A stretch of 64,000 nucleotides of DNA from Pecten maximus (taxonomy: Eukaryota): the NCBI RefSeq assembly GCF_902652985.1, contig NC_047022.1, positions 1,302,001 through 1,366,000 of the forward strand, given 5' to 3'. Shown one piece after another: positions 27,928 to 40,005 of the stretch. Below the pieces are notes generated by a model. The model worked only from the letters and a program-made list of their open reading frames with translations. It did not search any database and had not been told where the DNA came from. Made by a program: the position numbers and the translations under genes. The stretch's first letter is position 1. Each line of letters starts with the position of its first letter.

Positions 27928-28383
27928 AGGACTGAGACCACAATTAAGTACTTCTGGGTTCAGGCCCCACGAACGAAGTCCCCTCAAAAATGTATGTATT
28001 TCAGGAAAACCAATCAAATGCCTCTTTGAACTTGATTTCTGTTGATGAATTTAATGTGGATTTATAGCAGAGATGTCAATCTAGGTTTTGTGATGTAAAA
28101 TAATAATATTGATCATTTATTATGTGCTCCAGGACCCTTTGTGATGAGTCCTGATTTGACCTCTACCCCTGACCCGGATGTATATAATCCACGTTGGTGA
28201 CACATTTTGACAGCTATCTCCAGAAAATGCCGAACATGCTGGGTTGAAACTTTTATATTTTGCTTCTCAGATGTTGGTCTTGGCCAGGTGAGATGGAAAG
28301 TTGCATATGAGATGTTGGGAATTTATTATGAATTTTAATGTTACAATGAAACATATAGCGAAGCTAATTGTGGTCTCGGTCCT
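27928..28383. mobile_element. About 455-bp MITE, copy A
   Basis: TIR AGGACTGAGACCACAATTA / TAATTGTGGTCTCGGTCCT, flanked by AAT on both sides. A 3-bp TSD is Harbinger/PHIS-like. Confidence 0.7.
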
Positions 28384-29607
28384 AATATGATAGGCCCTGA
28401 AATCCATGTTTTTATTCGACAAATCCACATTTTTTGGCCGATTCTCTTAAAATTTGACATGCTTGTTGACAGTTATATTTGTGATTAGTTAGTAAAGTTA
28501 TTTTTCAAATTTAACATGAATTTAATTATTTTTGTATTGTTTTTTATTTAAATATTTGACATGGTTATGTATTCTATAGGGACTGATTGTTAGATTTAAA
28601 AATTTAAAACATATTTATTTTAATTTTTTTGATTGTTTTGAGGGTATTAGATATTGTGTCCAGAGACACAACATTCCCGACCACCGCCACGGGGAGGCTC
28701 CCTCTTTAGGTAGTCATATATATTTGTATATGTAACTTTTGTTGTTGTTGTTACACATTTGTTTTTGAATTTTGAATTCAATGTCTTAATTTCAGGTTTC
28801 CCACTGTCTCTTAAACAGTTTGTTTTGGCTTCTCAACATAGATGATCCTGAAGCTGATTGTCTCCCCTGCATTTGCTGGATCTAGCTGTCCTCTCCTGTA
28901 GTCAGACCTCCGAGCAGACTTGGACCTCTCGCATGATCTTTGTGCTGTTCTACTTGTAGCGATAGGGTTCTCTTCTTCATTTCAGGTTTATACTTTGCTG
29001 TATAGTTCTTCTGAGCTCAGTTGAACCAGCTTATGCTTCACTTCCCTCCACCCCTCTTCTCTGCCTATGGCTGGACAGCATAACAGTAATTGTAAACAAG
29101 TGCTGGCTAGTGTGTCTATTTGTGGTCACTCACTGTAGTTGGTCACTGCAAGTCTTTATTGTTGCATTTAGATTATTCCATGTCCTTATGAGACCTGATT
29201 AATGCTTTGAAACAGTTATGATATCAGTCTGATAACAAAATTAGAATATTTTAAAGCAAAATTTTAAATTCTTTAAAAATTAAAGTTAAAATTTGAAATT
29301 GGGATCAAACTATATATAGTAATATGCAGGGAATATCAAAGTTTCTAAACCAGTTTACAGAATTGAAATATCTCAATTATTGAAAAAAACTGTTTCATTT
29401 TATCTATCACATGATATCAGAAATATACATAGTAGCTGTATGTAGAATTGTGTCTTGATTTTCAGCGTCAATAGGGTGTTTTTAGATCTCTGTTATTCCT
29501 GTTTTATGTGTCATAGAGTAATTCTGTTTACACAGGATGATTTTAAATAGCTCAAAGTCTATGAAAATAATTATTTTAAGTTTTTGACAAAAACAGTGTC
29601 CTATAAT

Positions 29608-30062
29608 AGGACTGAGACCATAATTAAGTACTTCCGGGTTCAGGCCCCACGAATGAAGTCCCCTCAAAAATGTATGTATTTCAGGAAAAACAATCAAATG
29701 CCTCTTTGAACTTGATTTCTGTTGATGAATTTAATGTGGATTTATAGCAGAGATGTCAATCTAGGTTTTGTGATGTAAAATAATAATATTGATAATTTTT
29801 TATGTGCTCCAGGACCCTGTGTGATGAGTCCTGATTTGACCTCTACCCCTGACCCGGATGTATATAATCCACGTTGGTGACACATTTTGACAACTATCTC
29901 CGGAAAATGCCGAACATGCTGGGTTGAAACTTTTATATTTTGCTTCTCAGATGTTTGTCTTGGCCAGGTGAGATGGAAAGTTGCATATGAGATGTTGGGA
30001 ATTTATTATGAATTTTAATGTTACAATGAAACATATAGCGAAGCTAATTGTGGTCTCGGTCC
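29608..30062. mobile_element. About 455-bp MITE, copy B (direct repeat of A, offset 1680)
   Basis: Near-identical to 27928-28382. The right end lacks the last base and the TSD. Confidence 0.7.
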
Positions 30063-31269
30063 ACATGGAAATGGAGCTGCACGAAGGCCGGGGACATGCT
30101 TCAGCTGCGGGAGGCCAGGGCATTGGCGTTTTGAGTGTAGAGAGACTAAGGCGGATGAACGCGATCATAAGAAAAATATTGAACTAGACAATTTAGTTTC
30201 GGGGCATAAAGTTGAAGGGGTTGATTCTTCAGTAGGTATACGATTTTGGGTTAATAGCTAATGAGACAGTGTTGAGTGTAATAAGGGACGATTATAAGAT
30301 CCCTTTTATGACTTCACCCCCTACGGGCGGATATTGACAATAAGAAACCTGCGAAAGATCAAAGAGTTTTTGTTGAACAAGAAACAATGAAACTTGTAGA
30401 GAACTGGTGTGTATCTTAGCTAGCTGACAAAGAGAAGCCGCACGTTGTGAATCATTTAACAGTTGCAGATAATAAAGAAACACCAAGATTGGTTTTGGAC
30501 TGTAGGCATATTAATCCACACATTTACAAATCACAATTCTAGTTCGAGGACAATATGGTTGCTTAAGATATATTTTCAAAGGGGGATTTGATTTTGGTTT
30601 TGATTTGAAATCCGTCTACCACCCTATAGAGATTGTTTAGGAACACAGAGTTTTTCTGGGGTTTGCATGGGATTTTACGACAGGAAGGAAATATTTTTGT
30701 TTCAATGATTTACCATTTGGAATATCAACAACAGGTTACACTTTTACAAAAGTGACAAATGCGTTAGTAAGAAACTGGATAACTCAAGGGGAGAGGATTG
30801 TAATGCTTTAGATGACGGGTTCGGGGGCGCAAGTAGCAGAGAGGAAGCAAAGGTATTTAGTGAAAAATGTAAACATGATTTAGAGAGTGTTGCATTTTTA
30901 ATTGTTCAGAAAAAGTATAAGTTGGAACCTCAAAAAGAATTAATTTTGTTAGAATTATGATGTCAAATGGATGAAGATTAAGTATATCTAACAGAAAAAA
31001 GAGTGAAGAAACTGGTATACAGCATTTGAACATTGATAGCTCAAAGCTAGTAATAGAAATTTGGTCGCAGTTAAAGAGTTGGCAGGTGTTGCAGGGCAGG
31101 TGATTTCAATGAAACTTGCTGTAGGTAACCTTGTAGAGCTTAGAACCAAGAACATATTCAAGTGTATAAACAGTGGAGCCAGCTGGAAGGATCCAGTGAT
31201 ATTGAGTGAGAGTGCAAACATAAGATTTTGGCAAAACCAAGATTTTGAAAATAAGATTTTGGATTGTAA

Positions 31270-32050
31270 AATTGCAAGGTAACCTGGGGTCCATTGCGGG
31301 TACAGTAAACATTTTCAATGGAATCTTACATAACAACGTGCTTCAGTTTTCATACCCAATGCAGTACGTCACCAGCAAAACTTGTTTGCCAGCCAGTAAG
31401 CATGGTGTATGCGGTCAAGCATCACGTTGTTACAATAGGATTCATCGAAAGTGTTGTCTGGGCCAGGTGTGATTACCGTATACGTAGTCGCTTCGTAAGA
31501 AGCCCTGGGTTTACAGGTAACATAAATCTGAATGGTGATTTTATGTCAGAAGTTTAGTTTTATACCTTAATCAGTTTTATTTCCCTGAACACGTTATTCA
31601 CTAGACGTAAACTGTGTACTGTATTTTAACTTTGTGTGACAGATTTGAATTGTTCAGTGTTCATAGCGATACGGTCTCTTTTTAGCGTCGCGCAAGGGGG
31701 GAAATTCCATTTAGCTCAGTCGGTAGAGTAGTGGACCAGTAAGCCGAGAGTCGCAGGTTCGAGTCCCGGGAAGGCACCCTTCACCCGCTATCTGATACAG
31801 TTGGTGCTTTTGACCACCCCAAGTGAAACAATAGGGAGTGAAAGACTTCACAGGAACCTTGGTTTATGTGTTCATATGACTTCGGGATGTAGACCTTTAA
31901 AGATGGGGGAGTGTACACGGCGTTGCGTCGCCGTTTTCCTTTACACTAGGCTTGGGAGGTGGGGATTCCCTTTATTTAAGTCGGTAAAGCGGCAGATCAG
32001 TAAGTCGAGGATCACGCGTTTCTATCCACGGTTAATGAAAATCTTAACAG
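31270..32050 (+). mobile_element. Putative miniature LTR retroelement (TRIM) with a tRNA-like segment in its LTR
   Basis: tRNA-like 31705-31775, then ...ACA(31799) gt TGGTGC (PBS-like), ~100 bp, a PPT AAAGATGGGGGAG (31899-31911) and TGT. Outer limits uncertain. Confidence 0.5.
31705..31775 (+). pseudogene. tRNA-derived sequence (Thr-AGT-like), not a functional tRNA
   Basis: A box TAGCTCAGTCGG (31712-31723), B box GGTTCGAGTCC (31756-31766), AGT in the anticodon position. Acceptor and anticodon stems pair poorly. Confidence 0.7.
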
Positions 32051-32998
32051 CAAATCAAGTCAAAACAGTGATATTCTACATGCCTACTTTGGTGCAATGT
32101 TACAAAAGTAACATTATGAACTTTTACTATATGTACTTTGTAAATCCGTTGGTAAAGTTCAAGAAAACATACGAAACATGCATGTCTCAGGGAATATAAT
32201 TAGCTCATTTGTATCACTTATATTGTATAAATTAGTATACAGTTGTATAATAGTGTCACAGTGTGTTTTGCTCACAAAAGTCTCAGGCACAAAATAGGAG
32301 CATTGGTTTGACTAGACTTGACATAATAATATGTATAAATACTGTTTTTATTTCGACCTTGAAATGCAAAATTGCGCTTGTGAATAGTATCATTCAAATA
32401 TGGCATATAAGGAGGTATTTAAAGTATCAAAATGCTTTATTAGGCTCTATAAAGAACTCTAGACATGACAACCAAGCCTGCTTTTAGATCAAAGCATGTT
32501 CGACCGCTGAGTTTGGGGGAAATATGCATTTTTCGGAAAAGGCCCAAAACTCACCATTCTAATAATAAGTCTTAAAATGTCCTTCTGATTATGATAAGAT
32601 GTCTTATGATTTAGCATCATTTTTATTTATTAAAAAGCCTCCCTGTATATCCTATTTGTTCAATATTATTTACAACCGTGTGTATACCTACATAAAGTAA
32701 AATCAGGTCAAACAAATGCTCCTATCCAGTGTTAAAGATACATTTGAGCATATCACCTTGGCTATTTTTCAGGTATGATTATTTTTGAGACTTTGAATTA
32801 TTCCCTACTACATCTTACCACGGAGTAGCTCTATAGAAAACAATGTTGGCATCTACAGCAGCACATTAGTGGTGTTTGTAAGAAACTACAAATCCAAACA
32901 AACATTTTGGTATATTATATGATTAGTTTGTGCAAATTAATATATATTAATTTGTGTTTGAAAACTCATCATTATTCTTCTATATAGATAACCCTTAA

Positions 32999-35525
32999 AG
33001 TGTACCCTGAACGAAAAACGATAATCAAATATGTTATTCTTTGTAACCACCAAAGAAGAAAGTCGCAAACTGCATCAAAATCGGTTGGCCGAGTGCCGAG
33101 ATATCGCACATCGAAGTACGAGATTTGCACCTGCCGGTCGACTGCTAATCAGCGTATCGGTCAGTCACGCTGATTTGGAACTCTTCAGTCTATGACGTCA
33201 CATGTTGAACGGAGTGACTGTTATGGTGGCCAGTAGCATATAGAGGACAGTGTGAACAGTAGCAGCATGTTTGAATACGATCTGGACATGAGATTTGAGG
33301 TTGTTGAATTTGGCGAATATTGCCGATAAGAAGTCGGAATCCAACAATATAGGTTTGAGTTTAAAAAAAAAAAAAATATAGAAAAAATAGTAAAATTGAC
33401 TCTGAAAATGACCGCTTGGTTAACACAGACTGGTGTAATAATCGGTCAATCACCAATAAATGTACATTAGTTATGTGTTTACCATTTCTTACTCATTACC
33501 AAAGAAAGGAACACAGCATCAACATTTTTAAATAAAATAATGCGCCATTTCAGTCGCAAATTAATATTCAAATACAATGTAAACATATCAACAATACAGC
33601 AGTTCTGGATACTCTGGTTCGTGATTAAAGACGAACACACGTACAGTAAATTCATGCGTTATATTCTATACAAAAGCCGCTTCATGTCATGAAGGACACT
33701 TAATTTAGAAAGTAATATATTATAATCATCATGATCTACAGTAGACTAAATCTCTCTCCCGTATGAATACCAGTGTTGAAGTCTACAACAAACATCTACA
33801 TATAAAGATTGTATCCCTTATTTTACATGTCATGGTCTCAGGGATTAAGGACGATTGAATGCTTGAGAAAGATATAATTTATATACGATCATTGGCAGTG
33901 AAATTATATGAAAGTGATTCGCAACAATTATAATATAATTGATACTTATTGTACAGATATAAAGCAAAGGTACTTATTAAAACCGTCATTTTAGCTCCGT
34001 TTTTTTATGATAAAAAACATACAATTTATTTCATCGTGACTAATCATAATTAATACTAAAACTTATAAACTCGCAATGATTTTCGTGTATGATTTTTTTT
34101 TTTAATTTTATGTATTTTTTGCTATTATTTTTTTAATTGTGTCATTATTATGAAGTGATCAAGATCCTTGTGGTTTTGCTTTCCATTCGTGTCGCAAGTC
34201 AAATATTCACTTAAAAGGGACTTTTAAAAGATGTTTAATCATGGTTGGAGAATTACGAATAGTTAGTATACTGCTAAACAATTACCAGGTGTGAAATTAC
34301 AGTCCACAAGCTCGTCACACCTGTCACTGCACCACAGGTGTCTGTGATTTCTGGTGTTCTAATCGGCACACGCCGATAATTGCTTGTGAGTTCACGCGTT
34401 TGGTTTCTGTGCTCTTCAAAAAAGTTCCGAAGACATGATTTTACAGGTTGTACATAAACTGAGCTTGAATTTTATTAAGAATTACGTTTATACTATAGGG
34501 AATACATTTTCAAGTTGTTAAAATCAAACACATTATTTTTGGAATTCAGTGAGTTTCGTTTTCCTTACAAACGAAAAAATTCGTATCTCAAAGGTTTGTC
34601 TATAGAATAATTAACCTAAGTTATCTCATTCATATATATATATATACCCATGATGTTGAAAATTTACTTCATGAATCTTGTCTGGGAGCTACTGTTCTTT
34701 CATGGACACGTTTTATCAATTGCAGACAATTGCCCAAAAATCACAAATAACGGTATCATTGCTGTTTTGGCTAATAAAAAAAATCAAAATGATTAGCATT
34801 TATTTCACATCTTGTATGAATTGCATTTTAAACTTCTATGACTAGAAGTATTATAACCGAAATTAATACTGGTACATTTGTATGTAACAAACCGGTCATG
34901 CCCTCATAATAAAGGCTATACGATGTAAGTCGTTATAAACGGCCCGTTATTCAAATGTTATACATGTTACAACGACCCGTTAAAATAAAAAGAATTTTTA
35001 AATATACATGTTATAAACGACCTAATATAAAAGAAAATAAATAAGATGATACACGTTGTATTTTGCCCGTTCTAATAAAACCTTAGTAAGATGTTACATG
35101 TTGTACATGGCTCGTTATGAGAGAAAATTAGTGAGATGCTACATGTTATATATGGCCCGTTTAAAAAGAAAATTATATGTCCCTGGTTTCGGTAGCACTT
35201 ATTATTAGCTAATTCACAAATATAACTCAGAGAGTTTATTTAGCACTTTCATTTTTGTTGTCTTGATCGCATTAATTACAGGCACGTGTTCACGTTTGTT
35301 TCTATATATTTCCTATATGGCGGCTCCGATCGTGTTCAACCTGTGACGTCACAGGTCAGAAGTCACCAAAACGAGGTATTCGGCTTTGGGCTTCAGGTGT
35401 GGTTTCGAGAAAAATCGCAATAACTCGGTAATGGGTCGACCGATTTTGATGCGGTTTTCTGCATTCTTGTTTATTAATCAATACCAATAACATATTTAAA
35501 TATAATTTTTCGTTCAGGGTACACT
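32999..35525. mobile_element. Non-autonomous Kolobok-type DNA transposon, ~2.5 kb
   Basis: TTAA TSDs at 32995-32998 and 35526-35529. Perfect TIR AGTGTACCCTGAACGAAAAA with ~100 bp further imperfect inverted similarity. RR...YY termini; no long ORF. Confidence 0.8.
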
Positions 35526-36406
35526 TTAAGGCACATTACGCGTTTTCCTGTTTCAGCGCGTGCGGTTCACAATAACAATTCTCACCTGAGCAGACGTTGA
35601 ATAACAACAGAATATCCCCTTTAATAAACACATATTCGTTAACAGTTGTACCTGTTGGAGAATATGTCGGCATACTGTTCTGCATGCACTATTGCACACT
35701 GATCAATCCTACTATCTGGTCGGGCGCACGTCTAACAATAGACCATTATGATGCCCTGATTACGGTTATGTAGACTACATACCTGTCCTACTATCTAGTC
35801 GGGTAGGTATAGTACACTTCACTATGGCCAGGTAAACCTCATAGGGTATCTCAGTTGAATGTTTGTAAGATTTAAAGAGATTGTTGAATAACATCGTGAC
35901 ATATATATTCTTCCTGGTCTGGAGAGTTGCAGTTCAGCTGACGGTCTGACGTTCTGACGGTCTGACGGTCTGGTGGTATGACTGTCTGAGTGTCTGACGA
36001 TTTGACATGGGGAGGTGAGTTATTACAATGTTTAGTGTCGATTATGAAGACAAGAACAGAAAAAAGCTAAGTAAGCCTATGTCAGCAACATCACATAGTT
36101 TTGATAAATTGACATGTCTGGGTCATTTTGGACGCGTTACAACTGATATATATATGCATGGTGGTTCTGAATTTTTTGCATCAATATTTTGATGTGTTTG
36201 TATGGATATTTTTCTATGTGTGTATATAGGTAGTCTGATATATGTGTGTGGGTATTCTGATATATGTGAATCAATATACTGATATGTGTGTATGTGTATA
36301 ACGATTTGTACATATTGGTATACTGATATGTGTGTATGGGTATACTGATAAATATATGTATGTATGGGTATACTGATATGTGTGTATTGGTATTCTAATA
36401 TATATG

Positions 36407-36965
36407 TAGTATTTCCTGTACTGTTTTATAATGTTAGTATAATGTACCTTATTGGTAGGTAAGTGTTGTTTGAGGTAGTATTTCCTGTACTGTTTTATAA
36501 TGTTAGTATAATGTACCTTACTGGTAGGTAAATGTTGTTTGTGGTAGTATTTCCTGTACTGTTTTATAATGTTAGTATAATGTACCTTACTGGTAGGTAA
36601 GTGTTGTTTGTGGTAGTATTTCCTGTACTGATTTTTAATGTTAGTATAATGTACGTTACTGGGAGGTAAATGTTGTTTGTGGTAGTATTTCCTGTACTGT
36701 TTTATATTGTAAGTATAATATACCTTACTGGTAGGTAAGTGTTGTTTGTGGTAGTATTTCCTGTACTGTCTTATAATGTAAGTATAATGTACCTTACTGG
36801 TAGGTAAGTGTTGTTTGTGGTAGTATTTCCTGTACTGTTTTATAATGTTAGTATAATGTACCTTACTGGTATGTAAATGCTGTTTGTGATAGTATTTCCT
36901 GTACTGTTTTATAATGCTAGTATAATGTACCTTACTGGTAGGTAAGTGCTGTTTGTGGTAGTACG
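36407..36965. repeat. 69-bp satellite, ~8 copies, plus an inverted unit at ~37025-37110
   Basis: Unit GTAGTATTTCCTGTACTGTTTTATAATGTTAGTATAATGTACCTTACTGGTAGGTAAGTGTTGTTTGTG. Preceded by degenerate TATGTGTGTATGGGTATACTGA repeats from ~36200. Confidence 0.95.
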
Positions 36966-37376
36966 TTTGTCTGTTGTGTTTGCACAACACATAATCGAGC
37001 AAAAATGCGATGGTTCATGATAGAACAGTACTGAAAATACTACAACAAAACAACACTTACCTACCAGTAAGCTACATTATACTAACATTATAAAACAGTA
37101 CATGAAATACTAAAGAATATAATTATGTATATGACTATAATAAGTATTTTAACACTAATAACATTGTTTTTATTTCTTTTAACCAAAGAATATAAAGTTT
37201 TGTTTTTTGGTGTTTTTTTTTCTTTCATTTTTAATTTAAACATACTCATTTTAAACTAATGAGAGATTAATACCCATATTGAAGACCTACGTGGTCTTTG
37301 GATATATATAGGGATTGTTGTGCACTAAACACATATGTATCCACCCTAACTCAAGAAATACAGTTCACGAATAGAG

Positions 37377-40005
37377 TTACACACAATCTTTTAAATGTCC
37401 TGGTCTGTGTATAGTTGTTCCAGACTTTGACTTCGTGGTCGATACAAGATCTCCAGGTACTGTTTGAGCGATTGCAGGTTTACCCCCTGTGGTTTCAGGT
37501 TCGACAACACTGGACCTTGCGACAAGACCTGACAATGACTGATCTGCATGTTTAGCGTGTCTTCGCACACTGGACGGACAGCTTGGACGGTCTTTTGGAT
37601 AGGAATCGTTGGCACATGATTTGACCTTTCGACTTGTTTGATGAGATATGGTATTTCCCTGGTCTTCATCAACAAATCACTGTTTCGACGGTACTCGCGT
37701 GCCTTATCGCCTGCCTTTACAATGTACGACCGCGGATATTTTGTCTTGTTGATAAGTTCAGCTGGTTCCCATCTTTTATCTGAATATACCCGAAGGGCAT
37801 CACCTCTTATGGCTTAGTTCCTCTATCAAAATAGTGGTTCTGACTTTTTCGGTACTCTATGCGTTCTGATGTTACGTTTGCCTTGATGTTACCCTGTTAT
37901 GGTCTCCTAGGTGTTTCAGTTATTGGCAACCGTGTTTCCCCACGACGCCCCATAAGCCTCTGCATGGGAGATCCAATGTCATCTCTAGGCGTGTTCCTCA
38001 GATCTAGTAATGCCATATATATGCCATCTCCTGATTTCTTGATCAAACTCTTAACACTTTGAACAGCTTTCTCAGCAATACCGTTTGCTTGCTGGTCACC
38101 TGGAGAAGATGTAATGTGATGCATGTTATGAGACAGTATGAAGTCCTCATACTCTTTACTTGCAAATTGTGGCCCGTTATCACTGATCAGCGTGTCCATA
38201 ATTCCATATCTGGCAATGTTCTCTTTAATGTGTTTCACAACAGATTTCGTTGTGTTTTCATTTAGCTACTTCGATGAAGTTGGCGTAGTAGTTCACCATT
38301 ACTAGATACTTATTTCCATCAAATTCACACAGATCAACTCCTACTTTGCTCCATGGCAGTGATGAAAGTGGTTGAATCACCATAGGTTCCCTGGCTGGTT
38401 TGTTTCGGAACGTTAAGCATGCGCTACATCGTTCAACAACCTCCTCAATCTGCTTGTTCATGGAATACCAACTCCCTGGCGCGTTGTTTACATTTTACCA
38501 TTCCTATGTGAGAACTGTGAATGACCTTTCAGCCCTGAGCTTTGAAGGAATGCATGCTTTCTCTCCCTTGTATACAACACCGTTGTATGTCGACAATTCC
38601 TCTAGGTAGTCCCAATATGGTAGTGCTTTTGTGAGAACATCTTGTTTACTCTCAGGCAAACTTGAGAAAATAATTTCTTTCACTTCCTGTAACCCGGTAT
38701 CGTCTCTTGTTGTTCCTGAATGCTTCTGTGATTTATGTGTGAGAGCGTGTCTACGGTTAGTATCATCATCTCATCGTCCATTACCTTGTCGCCAGTTTCA
38801 TCCAGTGGTAATCTGCTCAGACAATCAGCTAGCCCTATTTCCTTTCCTGTCACATTGACAAGTTTGAATTCGTATGGCTGTATTTTTAAGTGTATTCTCT
38901 GGATCCTCATGGGAGCTGTATGAATTGGCTTCTGTACAATACGTTCCATGGGTTTGTGATATGTTTCTATAGTTACGTCAGATTTCCCATATAACATATT
39001 GTAAAAGCGTTCACATCCAAATACCACACCCAGCATTTCTCAATCTGGGCGTATCTTTGTTCCGTTTCTGACAGTGCCCGTGACGCATAAGCTATAATGC
39101 CTCCATCCTCAATTAATGCCGCACCCGTACCTTTCATCGACGCGTCAACTGTCACACGTACGCCAAAGTACCCAAGGACTGGTGTAGACCTTGACATTTT
39201 GAAAAGCTTTCCTCGCTGATTCATTCCATGTCCATTCTTTGTATTTTTAATCTCTCGGAGAGGAGCGTTAAACTCACTAAGGTTTGGCGTGACTTTTGTC
39301 ACAAATGCTAGCATGCCTAGTACAGTTTCAAGCTCGCCTTGGTTACTGGGTTCTTTCATGTTCACTATGGCTTTGACTCTCTGTTCTGTAGGTTTCACTC
39401 CGTCGCCTGTCAAAGTATGACCCACGTAGTTTACTTCAGGCTTTAACACATTTTGACTTGTTCAGTTTCAGATTTATCTGACGAGCTTTCTCAAGAACCG
39501 CCTTCAGTCTTGCGTTTTGTTCCTTCGACGTTTTTCCGTGAACCATGATGTCATCAACTACGATTTCTGTGCCTTCTAAATCAACGTAATGATTTAGCAT
39601 TTCACGTTGGAACACTTCACTGGAACACTTTGTTCCCATTTGCATACGCAGGTATCTGTATCGTCCAAACGGAGTGTTAAATGTTGTTAGATCTGGTAGT
39701 AACGCATATTCGCGTCTAATGTTGAAAAATATTTGCTTCCGTCAAGCCTTGTCAGAATATCATCTATACTGTTCATGAGAAAGTGTTCTCGGAGTATCGC
39801 CTTGTCCAAATCTGACGGATTGATACATATTTTTACACGGCCATTTTTCTTCCTAACAAACACCATACTGTTGACCCACTTCGTCGGTTTGTTCACAGAT
39901 TTTGTGATCCACACTTCACTAAGTGATCTAACTCATTCTTCAGCTGACTACGGATGGGCGCTGGAACTGGTATTGGTGTGTGTGCTACGGGTTTCACAGA
40001 CTTGT
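37377..40005 (-). mobile_element. Decayed Ty3/Gypsy pol, copy 2 (retains the integrase core)
   Basis: Same RT and RNase H motifs as copy 1, plus zinc-finger CSAC, PWSKVGVDLCEF, LISDNGPQFAS and ANGIAEKAV. Confidence 0.92.

Larger units (their letters stand above)
27400..31250 (+). mobile_element. Decayed DIRS/Ngaro-type retrotransposon (gag, CCHC knuckle, RT), interrupted
   Basis: Gag-like DDSEDEK...KAENRA, knuckle CFSCGRPGHWRFEC (~30097-30138), and RT motifs RLVLDCRHIN, FDLKSVYH, LPFGISTTGYTFTKV, LDDGFG. Heavily frameshifted; no tyrosine recombinase seen. Confidence 0.75.

Noticed and set aside
31705-31775. Functional tRNA-Thr gene
   Set aside because: The stems pair poorly and it lies in a retroelement-like context.
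36271-37002. 243-aa ORF with 23-aa repeats
   Set aside because: It is the translation of a 69-bp satellite (a multiple of 3), with no other coding evidence.
21555-37112. Whole inverted repeat as the giant TIRs of a Polinton
   Set aside because: The arms are 15-17 kb and contain host exons and a Gypsy relic. There are no AG-rich Polinton termini or 6-bp TSD, and the pPolB is far more decayed than the arms are diverged.
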